Below, piece by piece: positions 17,771-27,644 of a stretch of 64,000 nucleotides of DNA. The notes beneath the pieces were generated by a model that did not search any database, was not told the origin of the DNA, and saw only the letters and a list, made by a program, of their open reading frames with translations. Within the stretch, counting starts at the first letter, position 1. Every line of letters starts with the position of its first letter. This stretch comes from Cyclobacteriaceae bacterium (lineage in GTDB: Bacteria > Bacteroidota > Bacteroidia > Cytophagales > Cyclobacteriaceae), in contig JAEUUF010000020.1 of assembly GCA_016787645.1 (NCBI GenBank), forward strand, positions 138,062 to 202,061, written 5' to 3'. Both the position numbers and the translations under genes were made by a program.

Positions 17771-18889
17771 CTAGGAACGCTTCCTGTAGTTAAACACCGC
17801 GAAGCCATTGAGCACAATTGCCATGAGGAATACAATGGCGATGTGCCACCGGATATCAAACAGCGAACTTCCCTTCAGCACCACCATCCGCATGACCTCG
17901 ATGAAGTAAGTAACCGGGTTGAACCAGGTGAACACCTGAGCCCAGCGGGGCATGCTATCAATCGACGTGTACAATCCCCCCAGCAGAATGAAGATCATCA
18001 TCAGGAAAAACGAAAGCAACATCGCCTGCTGCTGGTTGTTGGCCAACGTAGATACGCCCAATCCCATACCCAACACCGCGAGCAGATATACTGCAGCGAA
18101 AATGTAAATCGTCAACAAGCTGCCTACCGGGACAATACCATACGCCAGCCATGAAATGATTAAACCGATGGTCAGAATTACCAGGCCCAGCACCCAAAAG
18201 GGGATCAGTTTGCCCAGCACAAACTGATATTTGTGAATCGGCGTTACGTTGATCTGCTCAATTGTCCCCGCTTCCTTCTCTTTCACAATGTTCAGCGCAG
18301 AAAGAAATCCGCCTACCATGGTCACCAGGATAACAAGTATCCCCGGCACCATATAGATCTTATAATTCATCAGCGGGTTGTACCAGTTGATTGCTTCAAC
18401 CCCAATCACAGGCTGCGCGTTCATCCCGTGGGGCTGCAACCATTCTACCCGTACTTCCCCATTGAAGTCATTAATGATTGTTCGGAGATACGCGCCACCC
18501 AAATTGGCCTTCACGCCATTGATGGCATTAAGCGCCATAAACACGGTAACTTCGTTCTCCTTGACCAGATGCTTTTCAAACCCTTCTGGAATCTGCAGGA
18601 CAACATCAGCCTCATCGCTTTCCACATAACGAAGGGCTTTGTCATATGAGTCGGTATAATCGACCAGCTGAAAATAATCCGTAGAAGTAACCTTGTGGAC
18701 CAACCGTTGTGAATACGATGATCGGTCAAAATCCACGACGCAAACTTTTACCTGCTTCACCTCATAATCAGCGGCCAGCGGCAACAGCAACAACTGGATG
18801 GTTGGCATCATGAACATGAGCCGGAGGATGGCTGGATTCCGAAAAATCTGCCGAAACTCCTTCTCCAGCAAAATGCGCAGCGCCCTCAT
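17771..18889 (-). CDS. ABC-2 type transporter permease (YbhR-like)
   Basis: YMVPGIL, VKEKEAGTIEQINVTPI, six-TM ABC-2 pattern. Confidence 0.92.
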   Translation of the reverse strand: MRALRILLEKEFRQIFRNPAILRLMFMMPTIQLLLLPLAADYEVKQVKVCVVDFDRSSYSQRLVHKVTSTDYFQLVDYTDSYDKALRYVESDEADVVLQIPEGFEKHLVKENEVTVFMALNAINGVKANLGGAYLRTIINDFNGEVRVEWLQPHGMNAQPVIGVEAINWYNPLMNYKIYMVPGILVILVTMVGGFLSALNIVKEKEAGTIEQINVTPIHKYQFVLGKLIPFWVLGLVILTIGLIISWLAYGIVPVGSLLTIYIFAAVYLLAVLGMGLGVSTLANNQQQAMLLSFFLMMIFILLGGLYTSIDSMPRWAQVFTWFNPVTYFIEVMRMVVLKGSSLFDIRWHIAIVFLMAIVLNGFAVFNYRKRS

Positions 18890-19992
18890 TCCAACCGGGT
18901 TTTGAATTTCTTCACACTCACTACCATAAAGAATAGGGTCATGCCGGCCAGGATCAGCGTCTCTTTCCAGACGTAGTCAAAAGTCAGCCCTTTGATCATC
19001 ACGTTGCGGACGATGTAGTAAAACCATTTGGCGGGAACGATGTTTGAAATTACTTGCAACGCAATGGGCATGTTCTCCACGGGAAACATGAAACCACTCA
19101 ACATGACGGTCGGCAGGAACAAGCCCATCAGGGAGATGAGCATGGCCACTTGCTGCGAATTCGCGACCGATGAAATCAATAAGCCAAGGGACAGGGCCGT
19201 GATGGTGAACAGTAAGCACTCACTAACGAGCAATACAAGGTTTCCCTGGATGGGCACATCCAGCACAAATACACTCAACAAGAGGATGCTTCCGATGTTT
19301 GCCGCCGACAAGATAAGATAGGGAACCATCTTGGCGATGACGACCCGAATCGGAACGATCGGTGAAACAAGAATGACTTCCATCGTCCCCATCTCCTTCT
19401 CCCGAACAATGGAGATCGAGGTCATCATCGCGCATACCAGCATAAGCACCATCGCCATTACGCCGGGGACAAAATTGTACGACCCTTTCAGCTGCGGATT
19501 GTAGAGCATCCGAAACTCGGTCTTGATACTCAGGGGCAATGGCTGCGCTCCTCGTTGCGCTGCCTGGTAGTCCATGATTATCCCGGTCGCATAATTGGAC
19601 AACGTGGTGGCCACGTTCGGATCGGTGGCGTCCGCAATCAATTGCACCGTAGCCTGGTTTCCATGCAGCAAGTCATACTGGAAGTCGGAGGGAAAGACCA
19701 CCGCCAACTTCACCGTCCCGCTTTGAAACGCGCGCTCCAGTTCTGCCGGTTGACTCAGGTAAAGACCAACGTCGAAGTAACGGCTGGCATTCATTTCATC
19801 GATGATGCCCCGGCTGGTATTATCCTTTGAAAAATCCAGCACCGCGATGCGCGCGTTTTTCACCTCATTAGTCAGTGCGAAGCCGAAGATGAGAATCTGC
19901 ATGATGGGCATGCCGAACAGAATCAACATGGTGCGCCGGTCGCGCCACAGGTGCAGGAATTCCTTGCGGATAAAAAAGGTAAACTGTTTCAT
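18886..19992 (-). CDS. ABC-2 type transporter permease (YbhS-like)
   Basis: FVPGVM, VREKEMGTMEVILVSP, LSGFMFPVENMP. Confidence 0.92.
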   Translation of the reverse strand: MKQFTFFIRKEFLHLWRDRRTMLILFGMPIMQILIFGFALTNEVKNARIAVLDFSKDNTSRGIIDEMNASRYFDVGLYLSQPAELERAFQSGTVKLAVVFPSDFQYDLLHGNQATVQLIADATDPNVATTLSNYATGIIMDYQAAQRGAQPLPLSIKTEFRMLYNPQLKGSYNFVPGVMAMVLMLVCAMMTSISIVREKEMGTMEVILVSPIVPIRVVIAKMVPYLILSAANIGSILLLSVFVLDVPIQGNLVLLVSECLLFTITALSLGLLISSVANSQQVAMLISLMGLFLPTVMLSGFMFPVENMPIALQVISNIVPAKWFYYIVRNVMIKGLTFDYVWKETLILAGMTLFFMVVSVKKFKTRLE

Positions 19993-20735
19993 CCGTCGGT
20001 CCGGGTTGCTTTGCGTGCCAATTGAATAAATACCCCTTCCATGTTCGCAGACTTGAATTGGTCCTTAAGTCGGTCCGGGGTATCCAGTGCTTCGATTCGT
20101 CCGTCAACCATGATGCAGACCCGATCACAATATTCGGCCTCATCCATATAATGCGTAGTTACGAACACCGTAGTTCCGGCATGGGCCGCCTCGTAAATCA
20201 TCGTCCAGAATTCACGGCGAGTGACCGGGTCTACTCCGCCAGTGGGTTCATCGAGAAATACCACTTTCGGCTGATGGACCATCGCCACCGAAAAAGCTAT
20301 CTTTTGCTTCCAACCAAGCGGGAGGGAACCCGTCATTGCTTTCGCCTGGTCTTCCAGGTGAAGGGTGTGGAGCAATTGATCTGTTTTGTCCTTTATTTCC
20401 CGGTCGGAAAGCCCATAAATTCCTCCATAGTACCGAATGTTCTCCACAATGCTCAGGTCATCATAAAGCGAGAATTTCTGGCTCATGTAGCCGATGCTTC
20501 GCTTTATCTTTTCGGGATCCGTGGCGAGGTCATAACCTCCCACGGTAGCGGAGCCACTCGTTGGAAAAGATAGCCCGCAGAGCATGCGCATGGCGGTTGT
20601 CTTGCCGGCACCGTTCGCCCCAAGAAAACCAAAAATTTCTCCCTGCATTACATCGAATGTGATGGCGTTCACCGCAGTGAAATCACCAAAGCGCTTCGTC
20701 AATTCCCTGACAGAAATGGCAACTTCGCGGTTCAT
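19989..20735 (-). CDS. ABC transporter ATP-binding protein
   Basis: Walker A GANGAGKT, signature variant LPLGWKQK, Walker B VFLDEPT, H-loop THYM. Confidence 0.95.
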   Translation of the reverse strand: MNREVAISVRELTKRFGDFTAVNAITFDVMQGEIFGFLGANGAGKTTAMRMLCGLSFPTSGSATVGGYDLATDPEKIKRSIGYMSQKFSLYDDLSIVENIRYYGGIYGLSDREIKDKTDQLLHTLHLEDQAKAMTGSLPLGWKQKIAFSVAMVHQPKVVFLDEPTGGVDPVTRREFWTMIYEAAHAGTTVFVTTHYMDEAEYCDRVCIMVDGRIEALDTPDRLKDQFKSANMEGVFIQLARKATRTDG

Positions 20736-21658
20736 TGATGCATGAGTTTCATGAACGAATCTTCAATGCTTGCTTCAATGCGTCGCACTTCGAAGGCCCC
20801 GGCCAGTGGCGCAATCAGGCTTCGAATTTCTTCCTCGCTGAGTGTGGAGTTCTTAAAGACGACGTGATGATGCTGCCCGAACGGGTAACAAGATTCCACC
20901 GCAGGGTGTGTCTTTAACCGCTGCATTAACTCGTACATGTTGCTGTTCCGCACGGCATAGAGCGGCTTCCCAAAATTTTCAGTAATGCCCTTTGGCGAAT
21001 TGATGTCCATAATTTTCCCCTCCTGCATCAACGCCACACGGTCGCAGAGGCTGGCTTCATCCATATAGGGCGTGGATACCAGGATTGAAATCCCGGCATC
21101 TTGCAGCCCGCGCAGCAATTCCCAAAATTCCTTGCGGGATACGGCATCTACGCCGGTTGTAGGCTCGTCCAGGAACAATACGCTGGGGCGGTGGATCAGG
21201 GCACAACTAAGCGCCAGTTTCTGCTTCATGCCCCCGGAAAGAGCACCCGCCTTACGCTTCTCGAAGGGCTCAATCTGTTGGTAGATCGCTTTCACCAACT
21301 CGTAGTTTTCCTTCAGGCTGGTATTGAACAGGGTTGCAAAAAAAGCCAGGTTTTCTGCCACGGACAGGTCAGGATACAAAGAGAATTTTCCCGGCATGTA
21401 TCCAACCCGTTTTCGGATCTCCTTAAAATCTTTCACTACATCAAAACCCTCCACAGAAGCCGTTCCACTGTCCGCCAGCATCAGTGTAGTCAATATGCGG
21501 AACAGGGTTGTTTTGCCTGCACCATCAGGGCCCACCAAGCCAAAGAGCTCGCCCTTCGCCACATTGAATGTAATATCTTTCAACGCTGTGATCCCTTCCT
21601 TCCCGGATGAGAAGCGCTTGGAGATACGATCGACTTGTATGGCGGAGGTCATGGTCAT
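20732..21658 (-). CDS. ABC transporter ATP-binding protein
   Basis: GPDGAGKT, LSGGMKQK, LFLDEPT. Confidence 0.95.
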   Translation of the reverse strand: MTMTSAIQVDRISKRFSSGKEGITALKDITFNVAKGELFGLVGPDGAGKTTLFRILTTLMLADSGTASVEGFDVVKDFKEIRKRVGYMPGKFSLYPDLSVAENLAFFATLFNTSLKENYELVKAIYQQIEPFEKRKAGALSGGMKQKLALSCALIHRPSVLFLDEPTTGVDAVSRKEFWELLRGLQDAGISILVSTPYMDEASLCDRVALMQEGKIMDINSPKGITENFGKPLYAVRNSNMYELMQRLKTHPAVESCYPFGQHHHVVFKNSTLSEEEIRSLIAPLAGAFEVRRIEASIEDSFMKLMHQ

Positions 21659-22570
21659 TCAGAATTTTACTTCACCATACATGCCAATCTTCAAAAGTCC
21701 ATCGTTCTTGACGGCGATTTTCACTGCGTAAACAAGGTTGGCGCGTTCTTCTTTTGTTTGGATCGTTTTTGGGGTAAACTCCGCCTTGTTGCTTATCCAC
21801 TGCACTGTTCCTTCATAAGTGCGCATGTCATTGTCGCCATTGTCAACCATGACCTTCACCTTCTGCCCGATTTTCACCTTCGACTGCTGATCATTGCTGA
21901 TGTACGCACGTAGAATCACCTGCGATAGGTCGGCTACCTTGTAGAGGGGTTTGCCCACACCGGTCATTTCAAAAGCTTCACTGTATTTGGTAAGGATCGT
22001 TCCATCCACCGGGTTGATGATCCGGCAGCGACGGAGCTGATCTTCAACAACATTCAATTGCGCGGCAATCGTTTTTCCTTGTTCGCCGAGCGCCGTGTTG
22101 CCGGTGTTCAGCAAATTCCCCTGTGCGTCAATTCTGGCTTTAAGAACTTCAATGCGCAGGTTGGCATCATCAAGTTGCTTTTGTGAAGCTACCTGTCCTT
22201 TCACCAGGTTCTCAATTCGCTTTTGGTCGGCCTCGGCATTCGCCAGTTCTTTCCGGAGGCTTTCCAGTTGTGTCTTTACGTCCTGCCGCCCGGCAAGAAC
22301 CGCCCTTTGACTCTGCAAAAGCTGCACTTTATTGAGATAGAGTGCCGTGCTGTCGATGAGACCGACCTGCTCACCTTTCTTGACCGGCTGTCCTTCCTCG
22401 AGGTTGAAAGTGAGCAGTTTCCCATTGGCTTCTGCAGAGACAATTACCTCTGTCGCCTCAAAGGTGCCTGATGCATCTGCATCTGTACCTGCGTTGCGGC
22501 ATCCCGCTGCGAGTACAGACAGGCCCAGGAGCGTAATGATGATCTTATTCATAGGCGTGGTGCTTTTCAT
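21659..22570 (-). CDS. HlyD-family membrane fusion protein (YbhG-like), lipoprotein
   Basis: Lipobox LAAG-C, biotinyl-lipoyl-like segment, EFTPKTIQT. Start at ATG 22570 (or the next Met). Confidence 0.9.
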   Translation of the reverse strand: MKSTTPMNKIIITLLGLSVLAAGCRNAGTDADASGTFEATEVIVSAEANGKLLTFNLEEGQPVKKGEQVGLIDSTALYLNKVQLLQSQRAVLAGRQDVKTQLESLRKELANAEADQKRIENLVKGQVASQKQLDDANLRIEVLKARIDAQGNLLNTGNTALGEQGKTIAAQLNVVEDQLRRCRIINPVDGTILTKYSEAFEMTGVGKPLYKVADLSQVILRAYISNDQQSKVKIGQKVKVMVDNGDNDMRTYEGTVQWISNKAEFTPKTIQTKEERANLVYAVKIAVKNDGLLKIGMYGEVKF

Positions 22571-22571
22571 G

Positions 22572-23837
22572 TTAGTTTCCAAGGGAGGTTTTGTAAGCAT
22601 AGAGACTTTTCAATAACTGGAGTTCGTGGAGTCGTTGGTTGCTTCGGGCATCCTGTTCGTTGTTGATGGAATTGATCAGCTCGGACGCCGAGCAAAGCCC
22701 GTTGTCAAACTTCAATTGCTGGGACTCATGAATGCGGGTCTTAAGTTCCACGATCTTATTGTCGTTTTGCAGAATGGCTCGCTGTTTGGCTACGTCGGCA
22801 CCGAATTGCTTGAGCTCCAGCGACTGGTTGAATTCAAAAGTGGCCCGTTCGGTACTCACCCGGTCCAACTGAATTTGGTTCAACTGTTTGTTATTGCCAT
22901 TCCGGTAAAGGCCACTGGTATTCCATGATACACTGAGCCCTACGATGGCGAGGTTAGTAATTTTTGAAGTCGCAAATTGCATCCCGGGGCTAATGAAGAT
23001 ACCCGCACCAAGAACCCCCACCTTGGGCATCAAGGCTACTTTGTCCATAGCCGCCTGGGTTTCTGCCAAACGGGCCCGATTGTTATACCAAATAATTTCG
23101 GGGCGGTTGTTTACGCCTGTCAACACATCGTCAGAAACCGCAGGTCGGGTAAGCACGACTTCAGGCGTAAGCGGCTTGCCGATGAAATGAGACAACATGT
23201 CGATATAAGCGGCGCGCGTGTATTTAAATTCAATTCTGCGTTGTTCAACTTTCAATAATTCGGCCTCTACTTCATCTACCTCCACCCTGTAACCAAGTCC
23301 ATTCTCGTTGGAAAGGCGAAGTCGATCGTAATTCAGTTTGAGATTCTTTTCTGAAAGCTCAAGTAATTTCAACTGTTCATCCACGAGGAGGATGCCGAAA
23401 AAAATTTGCGTCACGCGGTCCTGAATAGTGTACAGTTGCACGTCGATGGATGCCTTCTCGCTGGCCGTGGCTGCTTTGGTGATTTCCTTGGAAGATTTTG
23501 TCGCGCCCCCATCCCATATCGTCTGATTTAGTTGCACCAGGGCGATGGCCTGCACTTTGTCGGGTTCCTGCGCCGGAAGACCAGGCAAGCTCATGCTGGG
23601 GAGACCGTTGATGATGTAGCCCCCTATGCCCGTTACACTTATCTGCGGCAAGTAAGCCTTGTTGGCGTTGGAGATCGTATACTCCGCGGATTTGTCCAGC
23701 AACGCATGCTGCTTGATAAGTGGATAGTTTGCACGGGCGAGCGTGGTGCATTCCTCCAGGGCAATGGATCCCTGCCCAAGCAACAGCAAGGGAAAAAACA
23801 TCCACAACACCGTAATTGTTAGCGCATTGTTTCTCAT
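22572..23837 (-). CDS. TolC-family outer membrane efflux protein
   Basis: Signal peptide, LARANYP, AYLPQIS repeat pattern, operon context. Confidence 0.88.
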   Translation of the reverse strand: MRNNALTITVLWMFFPLLLLGQGSIALEECTTLARANYPLIKQHALLDKSAEYTISNANKAYLPQISVTGIGGYIINGLPSMSLPGLPAQEPDKVQAIALVQLNQTIWDGGATKSSKEITKAATASEKASIDVQLYTIQDRVTQIFFGILLVDEQLKLLELSEKNLKLNYDRLRLSNENGLGYRVEVDEVEAELLKVEQRRIEFKYTRAAYIDMLSHFIGKPLTPEVVLTRPAVSDDVLTGVNNRPEIIWYNNRARLAETQAAMDKVALMPKVGVLGAGIFISPGMQFATSKITNLAIVGLSVSWNTSGLYRNGNNKQLNQIQLDRVSTERATFEFNQSLELKQFGADVAKQRAILQNDNKIVELKTRIHESQQLKFDNGLCSASELINSINNEQDARSNQRLHELQLLKSLYAYKTSLGN

Positions 23838-23841
23838 GGCA

Positions 23842-24477
23842 CTATGGCTTTAAGGAATTCATGATAAAGTCGACGATTTCCTCTTTTCGTTTCAGGATCA
23901 TTTTATCAAACTGCTTGTCATCCAGTTCTTGCACAGCTTTTACCATCGGTTTCGCGATGAATGGATATACACACAGCGACATAATATTGATGAGCAGCTG
24001 ACCTGCGTCCACCGGGCGAATCTGTTTCTTGTCCGTCGCCTCCTTAACGGCCAGTCGAAAAGTCTTCATCATCATCGAAGGACTTGCGCCCGACTCGGCC
24101 GCCATGCGAACCAGGCGATCGGGGTTCTGCGTGAGCTCTTGCATGATAAATATGGGTAAGTCAGGCTGCGATCGAATCATGTCAATGTCGTGTGCGACGA
24201 TTGCACGAATCTTGTCTTCCAGCGTACCCGCGCCACTGATGATCCCCACGAGCCCTACAAAAAATTCCCGGGCGCGCTGGGCAAACACCAGGTCGAAGAG
24301 CCGCTCCTTGCTCCTGAAATAATAGTGAAGCAAGGCGCGATTTATCCCGGCCTCTTTCGCAATCTCTTCCATCCTTGCGGCCGCATACCCCCGATGAGTA
24401 AAAACCTTCCTTGCTGCCTCCAAAATGGCGTTTTCGGTCAGATTATCGTGTTTTTCCTTTATCAATTGATTTAACAA
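23842..24477 (-). CDS. TetR/AcrR family transcriptional regulator
   Basis: ILEAARKVFTHRGYAAARMEEIAKEAGINRALLHYYFRSK HTH. TTG start uncertain (24477 or 24465). Confidence 0.92.
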   Translation of the reverse strand: MLNQLIKEKHDNLTENAILEAARKVFTHRGYAAARMEEIAKEAGINRALLHYYFRSKERLFDLVFAQRAREFFVGLVGIISGAGTLEDKIRAIVAHDIDMIRSQPDLPIFIMQELTQNPDRLVRMAAESGASPSMMMKTFRLAVKEATDKKQIRPVDAGQLLINIMSLCVYPFIAKPMVKAVQELDDKQFDKMILKRKEEIVDFIMNSLKP

Positions 24478-24487
24478 TTCAGTTAAA
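24461..24487. promoter_or_regulatory. Candidate TetR operator(s)
   Basis: TTTAAC-N6-GTTAAA (24470-24487) abutting the perfect palindrome ATCAATTGAT (24461-24470), over the tetR start. Confidence 0.55.
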
Positions 24488-24538
24488 CTATAACGCTAAA
24501 TAACAATAATGGTTGCGCACTCCCAAAAAATATTCAAT

Positions 24539-24563
24539 AAAAAAAGCCGGAGTGACCTGGCTT
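24539..24563 (-). terminator. Intrinsic terminator of the fad operon
   Basis: Minus strand AAGCC(A)GG-TCACT-CCGGCTT followed by a T-run, about 20 nt after the acyl-CoA dehydrogenase stop. Confidence 0.6.
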
Positions 24564-24583
24564 ACTTCAGATTCTGATGATAC

Positions 24584-26386
24584 TCAAAAAGGGTATTCGC
24601 CTTTCTCCAGCGCATAGTTGGCCACCCTGCGGCGGGCCTCCTTAAGGTTGAAGGGTTCAATCTTGGTAAAGCGTTTTAGCCCCAGGAGCATGAGTCGCAA
24701 CTCATCGCCTTCTGCAAAAGCATAGATCGCTTGCTTGCCTGCACTGGCTGCCTTCTCGATTGCCTCATGCAAGTAAATCATCGCCATATCTTTCTGGATG
24801 CTGCACGCTTGTTCACCACGGATCCCAATCAGTTTTTCAACCCGGAGCAGTACGGACTCGGCAACATATCCTTCGATCAGCATGTCGGCCAGGTTCATCA
24901 GTACTTCCTGCTCATCGGAAAGCTTCATCATGAATTTCTGAACTGCGGCTCCCGAAACCATCAGGCCGGCTTTCTTCAGGTTATTCAACGCCTTCTTCTC
25001 TTTCGCAAATACAGCGGTATCGTCGGAGGCGCCAAAGTCCGGGATTGAGGTAAGTTCCTTTTGCACGGCCATCGCTGGCGTCATGAGGTCAAGCGTTCCC
25101 TTCATCGCGCGCTTCATCAGCATGTCGATGGTGAGGAGCCGGTTGATTTCATTTGTGCCTTCAAAAATCCGGTTAATGCGGGCATCGCGATACGCGCGAT
25201 CCATGGGGCTCTCCGCCGAAAAGCCCATACCTCCGTATATCTGCACGCCTTCATCTACTGAAAGATCAAGTACTTCTGATCCATGAACTTTCAGGATGGC
25301 GCATTCGATCGCAAATTCTTCGAGCGACTTCAGCCTGGCTTTGGCCGATTCCATCCCGCCGGCCACAAATGCGTTATAGGCGTCATCAATGTTTTGCGAG
25401 GCCCGGTAATGCGCGGATTCGCTGGCATAGATCTTCGTTACTACGTCTGCGATCTTGTGCTTTATCGCCCCGAACGTGGAGATCGAAACCCCAAACTGTT
25501 TGCGTTCTTTGGAATATTGGATGGCCTTAGTTATCGCCATTTTGCTTCCACCCAATGCAGCAATCCCGAGTTTAATACGGCCGATATTCAGGATGTTTAC
25601 CGCGATCTTGAAACCGTTCTCGCGTTCGCTTAATAAGTTTTCCACAGGAACCTTGCAATCATTGAAGAAGATCTGGCGCGTTGATGAGCCTTTGATGCCC
25701 ATCTTCTTTTCTTCTTCGTTCATCGTGATGCCGCCAAAGCTGCGCTCCACGATAAATGCGCTCAGGTTCTTGTCATTGTCGATCTTGGCAAATACCACGT
25801 AGATGTCGGCAAAACCACCATTGGTGATCCACATCTTCTGTCCGTTGATGAGATAGTGCTTGCCATCCGGACTAAGTTTTGCTTTCGTCTTCCCAGAGTT
25901 GGCATCTGACCCTGAATCAGGCTCAGTGAGGCAATAAGCGGCTTTCCACTCTCCAGAAGCCAGCTTCGGGACATACTTCTTTTTCTGTTCTTCATTTCCG
26001 TAATAGAGAATGGGTAATGTTCCTATGCCCGTGTGTGCGGAGAACGCCACGGCTACCGAGTGTCCCGCCCCAATCGACTCAGCGACGAGCATCGTGGTGT
26101 TGAAGTCCATCCCAAATCCACCATATTCTGTCGGCACGGAGGTTCCCAACAAGCCCAGCTCACCGGCCTTGTCCAGGATTGAGGGCATTAGTTTTGGATC
26201 CTTCATGGAATCAATTTCATCCAGTCGCGGAAAAACTTCCTTCGCCAGGAAGTCTTTGCACTGCTGCATGATCATGCGTTGCTCTTCATTGAACTCTTCC
26301 GGAATGAAGACTTCATTTGCTGGTGTTTCGCGAATCAGGAATTCTCCTCCCTTAATCGCCCGCTTCGTCGCTTCCATCGTTGCCAT
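24584..26386 (-). CDS. fadE: Acyl-CoA dehydrogenase (long, about 600 aa type)
   Basis: CLTEPDSGSDA, GQKMWITNG, RKQFG, QIYGGMGF, RIFEGTNEI. Confidence 0.93.
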   Translation of the reverse strand: MATMEATKRAIKGGEFLIRETPANEVFIPEEFNEEQRMIMQQCKDFLAKEVFPRLDEIDSMKDPKLMPSILDKAGELGLLGTSVPTEYGGFGMDFNTTMLVAESIGAGHSVAVAFSAHTGIGTLPILYYGNEEQKKKYVPKLASGEWKAAYCLTEPDSGSDANSGKTKAKLSPDGKHYLINGQKMWITNGGFADIYVVFAKIDNDKNLSAFIVERSFGGITMNEEEKKMGIKGSSTRQIFFNDCKVPVENLLSERENGFKIAVNILNIGRIKLGIAALGGSKMAITKAIQYSKERKQFGVSISTFGAIKHKIADVVTKIYASESAHYRASQNIDDAYNAFVAGGMESAKARLKSLEEFAIECAILKVHGSEVLDLSVDEGVQIYGGMGFSAESPMDRAYRDARINRIFEGTNEINRLLTIDMLMKRAMKGTLDLMTPAMAVQKELTSIPDFGASDDTAVFAKEKKALNNLKKAGLMVSGAAVQKFMMKLSDEQEVLMNLADMLIEGYVAESVLLRVEKLIGIRGEQACSIQKDMAMIYLHEAIEKAASAGKQAIYAFAEGDELRLMLLGLKRFTKIEPFNLKEARRRVANYALEKGEYPF

Positions 26387-26410
26387 AACCCTAGAAATTA
26401 TTGTTCAGTA

Positions 26411-27586
26411 TTAGTTTAACAATTCATAAATACCTGCCACTCCCTGGCCACCACCCACACAGGCGGTCACCATGCCGTATTTCTTCTTCTGCCTGCGCAA
26501 TTCATTAAACAGCTGCACGGATAACCGCGCACCGGATGACCCCAGTGGATGACCAACGGCAATCGCACCTCCATTGGGATTCAATTTGGTTCGATCAATG
26601 CCTAGCTCTTTCACCACGGCCAATGACTGGGCTGCGAACGCCTCGTTCAGTTCAATGACATCAATGTCTTGCAAATTCTTCCCGGCCAGTTTCAATGCCT
26701 TGGGAATCGCCGCGACGGGTCCAATGCCCATGATGCGGGGATCCACCCCTGCCGTCGCATAACTCACCATCCGCGCAATGGGTTTCAGGTTCAATTGTTT
26801 TACCATGCGCTCACTCATCACCATCACAAACGCCGCACCATCTGAAGTTTGCGAAGAATTGCCCGCGGTCACGGTGCCTCCCATGGCAAACACGGGCTTC
26901 AACTTCGACAGTCCCTCCACCGTAGTGTCTGCACGAATCCCCTCGTCCTTCTCAACCACATACTCACGCGTTTTCTTTTTCATGTTTTCATCGACGTACA
27001 CCTCTTTCACAGTGATCGGCACCACCTCATCTTTGAACTTCCCGGCTTTCCACGCCGCGGCGGCTTTCATGTGCGACTCATAAGAAAACTGGTCCTGTTC
27101 CTCCCGCGAAATTTTGTATTGTTTGGACACCTCCTCCGCCGTCAACCCCATGCTCGTATAATAGGTAGGGTTGTCTTTCGCTATGGCATAGTTGAGCGCG
27201 GTCTTGAAACCCATCACAGGCACCAGCGACATCGACTCGGTTCCGCCGGCGATCATCACATCGGCCTGACCCGCGTGAATCCGGTGGCTGGCCATCGCAA
27301 TTGCTTCTACACCTGATCCGCAATACCGGTTGATCACGAGCCCGGGAACATCAATGCCCAGCGATAGGAGCGCAATGATCCGCCCCATCTGCATGCCCTG
27401 CTCCGCTTCCGGCACGGCATTGCCCACGATAAGGTCGTCCACCATTTTGCTTTCCAGCCCCGGAATGGTTTTGACCATATATTTAATTACCTCCGCGGCG
27501 AGGTCATCAGGCCGCGTGAAACGGAAGCCGCCCTTTTTGGCCTTACCAACTGCTGTGCGGTAACCGGCTACGATGTATGCATCCAT
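26411..27586 (-). CDS. fadA: Acetyl-CoA C-acyltransferase (3-ketoacyl-CoA thiolase)
   Basis: NRYCGSG catalytic Cys, NEAFAAQ, GHPLG, CVGGGQG. Confidence 0.96.
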   Translation of the reverse strand: MDAYIVAGYRTAVGKAKKGGFRFTRPDDLAAEVIKYMVKTIPGLESKMVDDLIVGNAVPEAEQGMQMGRIIALLSLGIDVPGLVINRYCGSGVEAIAMASHRIHAGQADVMIAGGTESMSLVPVMGFKTALNYAIAKDNPTYYTSMGLTAEEVSKQYKISREEQDQFSYESHMKAAAAWKAGKFKDEVVPITVKEVYVDENMKKKTREYVVEKDEGIRADTTVEGLSKLKPVFAMGGTVTAGNSSQTSDGAAFVMVMSERMVKQLNLKPIARMVSYATAGVDPRIMGIGPVAAIPKALKLAGKNLQDIDVIELNEAFAAQSLAVVKELGIDRTKLNPNGGAIAVGHPLGSSGARLSVQLFNELRRQKKKYGMVTACVGGGQGVAGIYELLN

Positions 27587-27617
27587 ATTCGTTGATTCGT
27601 TGATTCGTTGATTCGTT
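27587..27617. repeat. Perfect 8-bp tandem repeat (ATTCGTTG)x3.9
   Basis: attcgttg attcgttg attcgttg attcgtt, directly abutting the fadA ATG. Confidence 0.9.
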
Positions 27618-27644
27618 ATGCAACTAAACCTTCACTGATTGTTT

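Noticed and set aside
27587-27617. CRISPR or mobile-element interpretation of the short repeats
   Set aside because: Units are 8-12 bp with no spacers, and no cas, transposase or integrase gene is seen anywhere in the window.
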